Shown piece by piece: positions 8,646 through 18,182 of a stretch of 64,000 bases of DNA (positions are counted from its first letter, which is position 1; every line of letters starts with the position of its first letter). The translations under genes were made by a program, and so were the position numbers. The stretch comes from an uncultured Lachnospiraceae bacterium (GTDB taxonomy: Bacteria > Bacillota > Clostridia > Lachnospirales > Lachnospiraceae). The notes beneath the pieces were generated by a model, which was not told where the DNA came from, made no database searches, and was given only the letters and a program-made list of their open reading frames with translations. Location of the stretch: NCBI GenBank assembly GCA_946620235.1, contig CAMONC010000001.1:414-64413 (forward strand), given 5' to 3'.

Positions 8646-11600
8646 TCACTTGTTGGTTATGATCACTTTATGTGAGCCGCTCCGTGTTACCATGAACGGG
8701 GTGATCTCTATGTCTTTGGTGTCAAGCTCGTGTGAGCCCGTCGTGTCCGTGTAGGTGCCTATCACGGTGATCCTCTGGATGATGGCCCGGCTTCTCAAGA
8801 CACTCAGTCTCATCAGGATCTGTGATTCCTTGGGCAGCACACCTATGGCCCAGCCGGAATTGTTCTCATCGGACACGGGATTCAAGTATGAACTGAGTAC
8901 GCTCTTTAACTCATTCTGAACCTCGAAGCTGTCATCCATATCCATGACAGTGGCCCATACGGTGACCGAGATATCCACGAATACAGGCTCCACGATGTGC
9001 AGATTGTCATCCGACACGGTCAGCTCGCAGTGCCTGAGCAGATCCTTCTTGAGCAGTGCCGATATCCTGTGGAAGGAAAAGGATCCGTCGGCGAAGTCCT
9101 TCATGAGCAGAACGATCGAGATATCCGAAGCATCGCCACCGCCGTCTATGGTCTCGCCTACCACCACACTGGTTCTCTCGATGCTGTCACTGTACTCCAT
9201 GATGTAGCGTATGTAATCACCCTCGCTGACCAGCTTGCCTCTGGCATGCATGATGCCCGCCCCGCGCATAAGCGCATGGTCAAGGGTCTCCAGGTTGCTG
9301 CCTCCGTGAGCACGTATCGGATTATACAGGCTGTCTATATACGGAGCATCTCCGGCAAAGGATGTGATGGCTCCCTCGGGCAGGTTGCCGTCCTCACCGT
9401 CCGTCGACCTGATGCGTGCCATAAACGCCACATTATCCGTAACTCTGGGCATATCACAGAGATTGCCGTCAGAGAACATCACCTCTCCCGTAAGCCTGTC
9501 TATGCGGTAGCATCTTCTGTCGGGAGCGTTGTAGAAATCATCCGTCTCTTTCCAGAGAACATAGAACGCGGATATACGCCCCAGCAGATCATACTCGGCC
9601 CGGACACGCTCGGGAGTCTGTGAAAGCATCTCCTCCATTTCGTCCTTACGCAGCGATCCGGCCTCGTTGACCCATATCTCGGCATCCAGTATATTGGACG
9701 ACCCGAGTGTAAACCGCATGTTGGGCATCACTTCGTCTATGTAATAGTCGGTCTCATCACCTGTCTGAACATTGGTCACGGTGACTGCATTCAGACACAT
9801 CCTGACGATATGGGGCAGGAACACATCGCTGCCCTCATTCTTCTGTGCGGTGCTTCTGACTATACGTATCCAGTACAGGCGGTTGCCCTCCAGAGTCATC
9901 TCCGTCATATCGGCCGGAGGCAGGAACATGATGGTGCCGGACCGTGTAAACTCCTCCGTCAGATCGGTGAATCTCATCTCCTTGAATCCGGTGGGGGATG
10001 AATACTCGAGCCTGAACCGCACACCGTTCTGGTTACTGATCTCCGAGAGCTGGAAGTACAGACTGATCGGTCCTTCCTCAAGCTTGCGGTCGAGACCTAT
10101 GTATAATGTATCCTCGGCATATTCACTGCCGGATAATATCGTAAACGGTTTGCCCGTGCCTATCTGCTCGCTGATATCGGACTTGACCGTACCGGCTATC
10201 CTCTCGAGCTTGACCGGAGGCACATACCTGCCCTCATAGGAGTAGGTTATCTTCAGCCCCTCTATGATCGGATATGTGTGGATGGCCGGCCGCATATAGC
10301 AGTTATCGGATCTGGTGATACGCATGCGCAGCGTGCGTCCGCTGTACGGGCCGCTCTCCGAGCTCACCCAGTCCTCCGGACATGTGAAGCTCAGAGAATA
10401 CCTGCCGTTCTCGGCATTGGCGAAAAGTCCCGCATATTCGGTATCACAGTTTAGTTTCTTCCAGCCTATGCCGTTGTAGTACTCTATCGTGATCTCATCC
10501 GCCTTGACGAGTGACGGATTATCGTAGGGTATCTTCCTGGGCTTACGTTTGATGACCGTAAGCTCCGCATCCTCCTGCTCCGCGGTCAGTCTGATCTGGT
10601 TATCCTGATAGGTGACATCGAAGTCCAGGGTTATGTGGGCGCCTCTCTTGGAGAAGCAGGGATCGTGTCCTATATAGCACTCATTGTACTGTGCGAGAGT
10701 ATCGGAGAAGGGTATGAATTTGCCCGGCTCCAGTTCCATCTGTCCGTCACCGACATACTCGGGTGACCTGGATGCACCACCGGCAGATATGCTCACATCC
10801 TCCACCTTGAGAGACTCCGTCATCGGTTCATGTGCCTCAAGGATCACCACGGACATCTCACGTCCGCCCATGGATACATGCGCACATTCCCCTGACTTCA
10901 TGAGTTCAAAGGTGATACCGTCGTCTAAGAGCTTCACGCTGTCGAAATCCGCAAATCCGCTCTGAGTCAGATACCGGAAGTCAAACTCCCGTCCGCTTAT
11001 CCTGTCAGCTATATCCTCGCCGCCCGCCAGTCTGATATATATGGGTTCATTCACTCCGTCAAACAGTCTGTCGTGATATATGATGAGCACGCTCTGTCCC
11101 AGATTACTCTGCTCACCGAAGAGTACAAAAGGCGGGATAGTCTGTATCATCTCCTCGTCCAGGATATCGGAGAGTAATACGGGGGTCTCAGGCTCAGCGT
11201 CCGATTCATCGTTCTCTTCGATGACAGGCTGTATGACTGCCGACTCGGGTACGATGGAGGGAACAGCGAAGTCGCCGAATACCGGAGAGATGGTACCGCG
11301 CTCCATATCGGTCAGGAACACGGCCCTGATCTGTGCTTCAGTCACATAGATGTTGCGGTCGGTCTCATATATGATATAGCCGGTTTCCGATCGCGAGGAC
11401 TCCGCACTGAGTCTGGTTCCCTTCGGAAGCCTGGCTCCGGGCAGTATCCCGCCGTAGAGGTTGAATATGACGAGACTGCCTGCGGGCTGTGCCGGATTCA
11501 ATGTGAAATCCAGCATGTTCACGAACTCCAGATGATACCGCTCGGGCATCAGACTCATGAGGTGGTAGTTCTCCTCGGTCTGCCTGGCAAAAACCTGTGC

Positions 11601-11723
11601 AATGACAGAACCTATATCCGGGTTGTCGCGGTCAAAATGCCACTCCGGAATATAGGATGCCGCCAGCTTCTCTATTTGATCTTCTATCTCCCCCGCTGTG
11701 AGGGGTTTCCAGATATTACTCAT
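8646..11723 (-). CDS. Large baseplate J/gp6-like wedge protein (Afp11/Afp12-like)
   Basis: YIPEW...PDIG...F, DRLTGEVMFSDG, STDGEDGNL, AHGGSNLET, LVSEGDY, YLNP...GWAIG motifs. Confidence 0.88.
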   Translation of the reverse strand: MSNIWKPLTAGEIEDQIEKLAASYIPEWHFDRDNPDIGSVIAQVFARQTEENYHLMSLMPERYHLEFVNMLDFTLNPAQPAGSLVIFNLYGGILPGARLPKGTRLSAESSRSETGYIIYETDRNIYVTEAQIRAVFLTDMERGTISPVFGDFAVPSIVPESAVIQPVIEENDESDAEPETPVLLSDILDEEMIQTIPPFVLFGEQSNLGQSVLIIYHDRLFDGVNEPIYIRLAGGEDIADRISGREFDFRYLTQSGFADFDSVKLLDDGITFELMKSGECAHVSMGGREMSVVILEAHEPMTESLKVEDVSISAGGASRSPEYVGDGQMELEPGKFIPFSDTLAQYNECYIGHDPCFSKRGAHITLDFDVTYQDNQIRLTAEQEDAELTVIKRKPRKIPYDNPSLVKADEITIEYYNGIGWKKLNCDTEYAGLFANAENGRYSLSFTCPEDWVSSESGPYSGRTLRMRITRSDNCYMRPAIHTYPIIEGLKITYSYEGRYVPPVKLERIAGTVKSDISEQIGTGKPFTILSGSEYAEDTLYIGLDRKLEEGPISLYFQLSEISNQNGVRFRLEYSSPTGFKEMRFTDLTEEFTRSGTIMFLPPADMTEMTLEGNRLYWIRIVRSTAQKNEGSDVFLPHIVRMCLNAVTVTNVQTGDETDYYIDEVMPNMRFTLGSSNILDAEIWVNEAGSLRKDEMEEMLSQTPERVRAEYDLLGRISAFYVLWKETDDFYNAPDRRCYRIDRLTGEVMFSDGNLCDMPRVTDNVAFMARIRSTDGEDGNLPEGAITSFAGDAPYIDSLYNPIRAHGGSNLETLDHALMRGAGIMHARGKLVSEGDYIRYIMEYSDSIERTSVVVGETIDGGGDASDISIVLLMKDFADGSFSFHRISALLKKDLLRHCELTVSDDNLHIVEPVFVDISVTVWATVMDMDDSFEVQNELKSVLSSYLNPVSDENNSGWAIGVLPKESQILMRLSVLRSRAIIQRITVIGTYTDTTGSHELDTKDIEITPFMVTRSGSHKVIITNK

Positions 11724-11728
11724 CCGTC

Positions 11729-12190
11729 TTAACCTTCACCGTACTCGTCTATATCTATGATCTCAGGCTCGTAGTACTCCTCTTCCTCCTCGGGTACAGG
11801 CTCCGCATTCAGATAAAAGGGAAATACGAGATTGCCGAACTGATTCGTCTCCGCAACCGTATAATCTATATTGATCATGATATATCCCTGCTGTGCCTGC
11901 ATATCGGTCGTGATATCCACATCGGAAACCCTGGGTTCCTGACGCAGGATGCTCTCGGTCAGATCACGCTTCATGATGGTAAGCTCAGTGAGATTCACAT
12001 CCATGAAGACATACGACGCGCTGTCCGTACCGAATGACGGTCGTGTCAGACGTTCGGTGACCTGAGTCATAAGTATCAGATATATGGATTCCCTGACGCT
12101 CTGCATACCGCTGCTGGTTACGAATCTCCCCGTGGCGGGATCTATACGCGGCGGAAACGCCATGCCTGTTCCTAAATGATCTTTTGCCAT
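11729..12190 (-). CDS. gp25/GpW-like baseplate protein (Afp9-like)
   Basis: LGTGMAFP...VRESIYLILMT..ERLTRPSFG...EPRV...NLVFPFYL. Confidence 0.92.
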   Translation of the reverse strand: MAKDHLGTGMAFPPRIDPATGRFVTSSGMQSVRESIYLILMTQVTERLTRPSFGTDSASYVFMDVNLTELTIMKRDLTESILRQEPRVSDVDITTDMQAQQGYIMINIDYTVAETNQFGNLVFPFYLNAEPVPEEEEEYYEPEIIDIDEYGEG

Positions 12191-12215
12191 AATACTTTCC
12201 TATAGTTGTGTTATG

Positions 12216-13028
12216 TTAACCGAGTTTGATCGGAGTTCCTTCCACCGATACCGGGCCGCTGCTCTTGAGTTTCAGCATCGAGTTGCCCGATGCGTTGACA
12301 TTGCCGCCCTCTAAATTCAGTCTGCTGTTTGCCTTGATCTCCGTGCTGTCCGAAGAAGTGATCTTGACCTTGCTCGCATCTATCGATACGGTTCCGTTGG
12401 ACCCGTTCATGAACACCTTGATATTGTCACCGCACTTGATCGTAAGCTTCTGATCCGCATTGATCTCCATCTGGCCGTTCTCGGTCTTCATCTCGATCTT
12501 GTTCTTGCCTTCCTTGTCGGAGATCAACAGCTTCTTTTTATCGTTATCCATCTCGATCTTGAAGGCATCCTTGCCTGTCTTGATGACGATATGATCCTTC
12601 TCACCCTCGCCCTCCTTGTTATCCATGATCTCGATGAGATTACCGTTACGGGTCTGTATCCTCTTATACTGGTTGTCCTCATCAAATGCCTTCTGGACGA
12701 AGTTTGAATTGAGCTTCGGTACGGCACCTATGATGAACGGCTTGTCGATGTTGCCCTGTTCGAATACCACGAGCACCTGGTCTCCCACCTCGGGAACGAA
12801 GTATTCGCCCCATTTCTGGCCTCCGTAGGGAAATGCGATCCTCGCCCAGACAAGCTTGTTCTCCTGATAGTCTCTGGTTGTTATGTTAACCAGAACCTGC
12901 CCCTGATGATCCTTGTCATAGTTTTTGACCACCTGACATACCAATACTCCCATCAGACGGTTGTCACCCATATCCGTTTTGTCTATCTGATGTCTGGCGA
13001 CATCATCCATTATATCGAAAAAGGGCAT
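12216..13028 (-). CDS. Spike protein, gp5/GpV OB-fold plus beta-helix (C-terminal half of VgrG/Afp8)
   Basis: WARIAFPYGG..WGEYFVPEVGDQVLVVFEQGNIDKPFIIGAV; beta-strand repeats at the C-terminus. Confidence 0.9.
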   Translation of the reverse strand: MPFFDIMDDVARHQIDKTDMGDNRLMGVLVCQVVKNYDKDHQGQVLVNITTRDYQENKLVWARIAFPYGGQKWGEYFVPEVGDQVLVVFEQGNIDKPFIIGAVPKLNSNFVQKAFDEDNQYKRIQTRNGNLIEIMDNKEGEGEKDHIVIKTGKDAFKIEMDNDKKKLLISDKEGKNKIEMKTENGQMEINADQKLTIKCGDNIKVFMNGSNGTVSIDASKVKITSSDSTEIKANSRLNLEGGNVNASGNSMLKLKSSGPVSVEGTPIKLG

Positions 13029-13051
13029 TGAAACCTCCTAAACATAAGCAC

Positions 13052-14221
13052 CTACGGCAGCGTGGACGCCTTGCCGATGATGGTCGTATAGTATCCCGAC
13101 GAATCGCTCTCATGTATCACATCGGTCAGGTAGTATTTATTGGATACACCGTCACCGAATCCCGTCAGGGTAATGAATCTCCCGGGCACCAGCTCAGGCA
13201 TCCCGGACAGCGTCATACTCAGACTTCCGAACCTGTATGACATGTCCTCCATGATATATGTGGCACGGAGGTCTGCGTCGGTCTGGGTCTCCACGGACGA
13301 ATCCGTATATACATATGTCTGTTTTGATACCAGAGCCTTGGCTTTGCCGGACAGTGAGAATTTGCCGGTGTTCTTTTTTTTGACCTCTATCTTCTGGGCC
13401 TTGGCTATATCTATGGTGCGGACCTTGACCTCACCTACCAGACCGGTTATGTCATAGCCTATGTCAAAGCTCTGTATGATGACCGCGGGTATGATATCTA
13501 TCAGATCCTTGGTATTACTCTTAGCCGGACGGAAGGTGATGTTCCCGCCTATACTGAAGAATTCATAATTGAACTTCTTCGCCGCCCTGATCACGAAATC
13601 ATAGTCACTCTCGGCGACCATTTCTATACGGTTATCGGGTGTCTCTCCCGGTGCCCCGCCCGAGACTCCTCCGGGCCCGGAGGGCTTGTCCGGAGTATCA
13701 CTGACAGCCAGATCGGTGATGACCTGTCTGTTGACCAGATCCTTGTAGGCTGCCCCCTCGAATATCTCCTTGACAGCATCGGAGTAGTAGTTGGCCTCCA
13801 GTCTCCTGGAGCTGTTATTGGACATCATGATGCCCTTTACATCCATAGCGGTGATACGTACCGCACCCAGCAGATCCTCATAAGGCTGATATATGAACTC
13901 AACTCTGGCTATATATCCCCTGAAGACCTCGGTAATGCTGGCGGCATGTCCCAACAGGATCCTGACGTCATTGCCCAGACCGATGTATTTCTTGAGTACC
14001 TCCATGTCATAGACTCCACCGGACTCATCGAAGGCTCCGGTGATATTGAATGTCGCTATGCTTGCCTTGAAATCACTGGTCAGTTCAATGGTGTAGTCTG
14101 ATACACCCAGCCTGGCTTTTTTGTCTTCCTCGGGATTCTTGCCGCCCAGATAGACTCTGCTGACCGGATGTGTGAAACCTTCATATTTTTCAAACAGTTT
14201 ACTTAAATCGAACTCTGCCAT
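13052..14221 (-). CDS. Baseplate hub, gp27/GpD-like (N-terminal half of VgrG/Afp8)
   Basis: VRILLG...VFRGYI; ESDYDFVIRAAKKFNYEF; GMPELVPGRFITLTGFG...YYLTDVIH. Confidence 0.88.
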   Translation of the reverse strand: MAEFDLSKLFEKYEGFTHPVSRVYLGGKNPEEDKKARLGVSDYTIELTSDFKASIATFNITGAFDESGGVYDMEVLKKYIGLGNDVRILLGHAASITEVFRGYIARVEFIYQPYEDLLGAVRITAMDVKGIMMSNNSSRRLEANYYSDAVKEIFEGAAYKDLVNRQVITDLAVSDTPDKPSGPGGVSGGAPGETPDNRIEMVAESDYDFVIRAAKKFNYEFFSIGGNITFRPAKSNTKDLIDIIPAVIIQSFDIGYDITGLVGEVKVRTIDIAKAQKIEVKKKNTGKFSLSGKAKALVSKQTYVYTDSSVETQTDADLRATYIMEDMSYRFGSLSMTLSGMPELVPGRFITLTGFGDGVSNKYYLTDVIHESDSSGYYTTIIGKASTLP

Positions 14222-14227
14222 ATCGTC

Positions 14228-15214
14228 TTAATGAACGTTCATGCTTGCGATGTTTTTTACCAGCTGCTTCTGATCGGTCATTCCGGTATTGTTCTTGAAC
14301 TTCTGTATCCAGATCCTCTTCTGATCCTCGAAGTCACTGTCCAGAAGCACCAGTCTCAGGGTGACCGTGGCTCTGCAGGGCTCACCGTTTACGTTGAACA
14401 TCGTATACTCGGCATTAACACCGTTTAATATGCCCTGATAGGACATATCGCCCCAGGTGAAGCTCATCAGGTGCATGTTCTTGTTACGCATTATATAGGT
14501 AAAGGCCTCCACCTCGTTCTGAACGGAATAATTACTCTCACCTTTGACCGTGTCCTTAACCAGCTTGCCCACTCCTCTGGCTATATTGGTGGCACCCAGA
14601 GTGAACTTATCCGAGTAGAACGCATCCTGGTTATTGGTCTTATCAAATAGGAGCGGGATGCTCAGCTCTATATGCGAGGTCACGGCACTGATCCGGTTTG
14701 CCGGTCTACCCTTGCGTTTTCCTTCTTCTCCCTGCTGGCCTTCACCCTTCTTGTCATTTTCGGCATCCTTGTTTGTGAAGCTCTGGACCATCATCTCCTC
14801 GCCGCCGTAACCTGTCATCGTAAGCTCGGACGGATTAAACGGCACTTCGAATCTGAATTTATGGAAGTCCTTGTTTATGTCAAAAACAGTACCGTCGGCA
14901 TTCAGCATATCCGCAGCATTATCGGCTGCCGCCTTGAGAGCCCCCATGGTAGCTCCGTAGCTGGCGGCCAGGCCTTCATCGAAACCACCAAGCCCCTTCA
15001 TACCTGCGCTGTGTCCCCCTCCGGGTTTGGGGGCTTCGTTTTCGCCGATTTTACGCCCGGAGAAGTCAGCTATCTCTATGACAGCCTTCTCCACATTTCC
15101 CATTGTCTGGGCTGCCATCTGGCCCAGAGTAGAATTGGCTACCGATGAGGCCGCCCCTTTTACAAAGCCGGCTGCTTTACTTGCTCCGTTCCACAGAGTC
15201 GATCCAAAACCCAT
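14228..15214 (-). CDS. CIS tube-initiator protein (Afp7/gp48-like, no LysM), paralog 2
   Basis: FEVPFNPSELT...LSIPLLFD...FTWGDMSYQG...VNAEYTMFNVNGEPCRATVTLRL. Confidence 0.85.
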   Translation of the reverse strand: MGFGSTLWNGASKAAGFVKGAASSVANSTLGQMAAQTMGNVEKAVIEIADFSGRKIGENEAPKPGGGHSAGMKGLGGFDEGLAASYGATMGALKAAADNAADMLNADGTVFDINKDFHKFRFEVPFNPSELTMTGYGGEEMMVQSFTNKDAENDKKGEGQQGEEGKRKGRPANRISAVTSHIELSIPLLFDKTNNQDAFYSDKFTLGATNIARGVGKLVKDTVKGESNYSVQNEVEAFTYIMRNKNMHLMSFTWGDMSYQGILNGVNAEYTMFNVNGEPCRATVTLRLVLLDSDFEDQKRIWIQKFKNNTGMTDQKQLVKNIASMNVH

Positions 15215-15228
15215 ATCCGCCTATCCTC

Positions 15229-16251
15229 TCATATATTCAGGATATTATTATTGAAGACCTTGCTGGCCATGGATGTACCGCCACCCTTGCCTTCTTTGAA
15301 TGTCTTATTGAAAGAATCCTTCCACTGCTTGTTCTGATAACTGAAGTTATCGCCCTGTTTGTCGGGATCCTTCTGGTTCTCCTTGCGGTCATCCTGAGTG
15401 ATCTCCAGACGCATCGTACCGCGGATTGGATTACCACTGGTGTTAAACATGTTATATGTGTTGCTGACACCGGTCACCTGACCGCGGAATACCATCTTGC
15501 CCCAGTGAAAGATCACGTGTTGGGTGATCGATGATACCAGCAGTGTCATGAATGTCTCCATGCGCGCCCTGACGCTGAAAAAGTTCTGACCGTGAGACCA
15601 TACATTGGCAACCTTGCCTACAGCCTTGCTCGCGTTTAAGTCAAACACTTCCTGAAGCATGAAGGCGTCCGACAGATCCACATCATCGAATATCAGTTCA
15701 AATGACAGCTTGGTCCTGCCCGAATACTCCTGCTCATTCAACAGCTTCGCGGTATTATTCCCCGTGTTGTTCATACTCTTGATCTTACCGTTTACGGAGT
15801 CCATCCTCATGGATGCGGGATTGAACTGCACCGGGATCCTTAAGAAATTATCGTTTTCCTTGGCTACTTCACCGACCTTATTCGGATCTTTGCCGCCACC
15901 GGCCAGAGCATCTCCGATAGCTCCCTTCGCGCTCTTGGCCGCAGCAACGAAATTAGCCTTTGAGCTCAACGCATTCTTAACAGCGGATCCGGCACCTTTC
16001 AGTCCCGAACCCACAGCACTCATGGAATCCTTGAATCCCATGCCCTCCGAGCTTTTTTGAATCAGCTCGTTTTCAAACTCCTGCGCGATTTCGTTGAATG
16101 CCGCCAGTTTGTTCGGATCAGTCTTTCCTCTCTCATCAGGCAGATATTTATCGGGATTGGGTATAAAGATGACTGCCTTCGCGCCGGCGCCGTCGGTAAA
16201 CATACCCTTGGCACTGGAGCCTAAGTTACTCATCATATTTGAAAATGCCAT
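15229..16251 (-). CDS. CIS tube-initiator protein (Afp7/gp48-like, no LysM), paralog 1
   Basis: IPVQFNPASM...LSFELIFDD...FHWGKMVFRG..TGVSNTYNMFNTSGNPIRGTMRLEI. Confidence 0.85.
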   Translation of the reverse strand: MAFSNMMSNLGSSAKGMFTDGAGAKAVIFIPNPDKYLPDERGKTDPNKLAAFNEIAQEFENELIQKSSEGMGFKDSMSAVGSGLKGAGSAVKNALSSKANFVAAAKSAKGAIGDALAGGGKDPNKVGEVAKENDNFLRIPVQFNPASMRMDSVNGKIKSMNNTGNNTAKLLNEQEYSGRTKLSFELIFDDVDLSDAFMLQEVFDLNASKAVGKVANVWSHGQNFFSVRARMETFMTLLVSSITQHVIFHWGKMVFRGQVTGVSNTYNMFNTSGNPIRGTMRLEITQDDRKENQKDPDKQGDNFSYQNKQWKDSFNKTFKEGKGGGTSMASKVFNNNILNI

Positions 16252-16290
16252 CTCTATCCCTCCTTTCCCTCAAGTCGATCAACAGCCGCA

Positions 16291-18180
16291 TTATATCCCG
16301 CGTCTGACCTTTTCATTACGCATCTGGGTCTCGAGCTTACGGAATACCTGATTGCTGATCGCGGAGACCTGACTCTTCACGCCCTCGTCGATCATCCTGC
16401 GCAGCTGCCGCTCATCATAGTTTTTGACGGTCTCGGTGTTGTTGATGACTGTGGACTGCCTGGTGGTATTCAGCTGAGTCTCCGTATCATGGACCGTCTC
16501 ATTACGGATCTGTCTGCTGATATCCCGGTGCATCATATCGAGATGCTCTTCAAGCTCTTCCTGAGAGAGCGACTCGGTCCTCTTATGTATCGTGGGTACC
16601 GCCTCGTATGTATGCATGACGGGTCTGCTGTGTACCGGGGCGGCTGCCTTCGACTTCTCTATCGATTCGATCAGCTCGGCTGCATCGGCGGCAGCCCTGC
16701 GGGCTTTCTCCTCCGCCTCTTCTTCGACCTCCCGCTCTGTCTGTCTGATATCGTATATAAGCTCGCCTTCGTCGGCGGGTCTTAATATATCGCTCTGAAG
16801 TACCGCCAGAGGATTCTGCTCATATTCACCCAGCACCTCATATATCCTGACTGCCTCCTCCGGGAATATGAGTGCCATCTCACGCAGGATCTCTTTCTCA
16901 CGTCCCGCCCTGACCTCTTCCTCGGCTGTGAGTTTGTTCTTAAGCTCTTCAGGTGACATCAGTGCCAGCCTGCCATCCTTAAGGGTCTGCTGTAATCCGC
17001 CCTCTCCGGCCTGAGCTCTCTCTCTTCGTCTGAATCTCTCGAGCATGCGTGAGTATTCCTGCCTGCGCTGCTCATTCCGGACGTTCATCTCGTTGACCGT
17101 CTGAGTGATCCTTATCAGTTCCTCCTCGGATATGCGGCCTTCGGTATCTCCCGACAGAAGTTCGATCTCACTGGAGGTCAGATAATTGTTCTCGGTGAGC
17201 ATCTGCTCGCTCTCGAGTACCTGGAGACTCAGGTCGCCCTGATACTGCGTGAGCCTCTGCAGAGTACTCAATGATGCCCCGAAGAACACGTCCTCGAATC
17301 TGTAGTACTGATTGGCATTTAAGTAGAATCTGTCAAAAGCGGTATGGTACAGATTCTGCAGCATATCCATGAGGACGGCTCCGTTTACCTCGTTCCTGAC
17401 CCGGTTGATGGCCACATCGGTGGTCTCGAGGCTCTCCTCATAGGTGTTGGTATTCAGATATACAAGGTTCTCGTCGGCTATGCCGGCCTGCTCTCTGAGC
17501 ATCGAGAGCAGTATGTGCTGGGCCGTATAGCTCTGGCTGGCTATGGAATATTCGTTTTTCTCTACTCCCGTCTCCTCCACGGAGCGGTTGAAGTTGCTCA
17601 CTATCTGATATACCGCACCGGTCTTGAGACGATCCATGATCCTCTCGTAGAGGAAGTTTTCCCTCTCGGTGACGGTCTCGGTGCTCTCTCCGGACACGGC
17701 GGTCACAAGCTCGGTCTCCATTGACTCCACCATCTCCTTGAGTTCCATACCCTTCTCCAGATACAGGTTAATCAGAGTGTTGGTGTTCCTGGTCTCCTCA
17801 GCCATACGGTAGAAGGCCTGCATGAAGCGTCTGTCGTCACGTATGCCCAGCTTATACAGCGCATCCGTGATGAAGACCCTGTCCTGATAGGTCACATGAG
17901 CATCCGCCGAAAGGACTATGCGGTTAAGCACATTGTTTAAGATCTCGACCTTCTGCAGATTGGTCTCATTACGGGTGTTGGACGTAATAACACTCGTCAT
18001 CCCGCCGCCTTCCTGAACATATATCTCAGGAGGTGTCGTACTTAAATGAAGCAGGTCTTCGGACGTGACCGGAGTCTCCATCAGGGAGTAGTTGCCGGTT
18101 ATGCGTCGGTAAAACGCTTCGGGAGCTGACAGATATGTGGTTCGTGCCTTTATTTCTATAGGAGCTTTGACAGTCAGCAT
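16291..18180 (-). CDS. Helical CIS protein, candidate tape-measure/Afp6-like (629 aa)
   Basis: Glu-rich helical/coiled-coil; C-terminal ISNQVFRKLETQMRNEKVRRG resembles the terminal motif of CIS proteins encoded between tube and tube-initiator genes. Confidence 0.5.
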   Translation of the reverse strand: MLTVKAPIEIKARTTYLSAPEAFYRRITGNYSLMETPVTSEDLLHLSTTPPEIYVQEGGGMTSVITSNTRNETNLQKVEILNNVLNRIVLSADAHVTYQDRVFITDALYKLGIRDDRRFMQAFYRMAEETRNTNTLINLYLEKGMELKEMVESMETELVTAVSGESTETVTERENFLYERIMDRLKTGAVYQIVSNFNRSVEETGVEKNEYSIASQSYTAQHILLSMLREQAGIADENLVYLNTNTYEESLETTDVAINRVRNEVNGAVLMDMLQNLYHTAFDRFYLNANQYYRFEDVFFGASLSTLQRLTQYQGDLSLQVLESEQMLTENNYLTSSEIELLSGDTEGRISEEELIRITQTVNEMNVRNEQRRQEYSRMLERFRRRERAQAGEGGLQQTLKDGRLALMSPEELKNKLTAEEEVRAGREKEILREMALIFPEEAVRIYEVLGEYEQNPLAVLQSDILRPADEGELIYDIRQTEREVEEEAEEKARRAAADAAELIESIEKSKAAAPVHSRPVMHTYEAVPTIHKRTESLSQEELEEHLDMMHRDISRQIRNETVHDTETQLNTTRQSTVINNTETVKNYDERQLRRMIDEGVKSQVSAISNQVFRKLETQMRNEKVRRGI

Positions 18181-18182
18181 TT

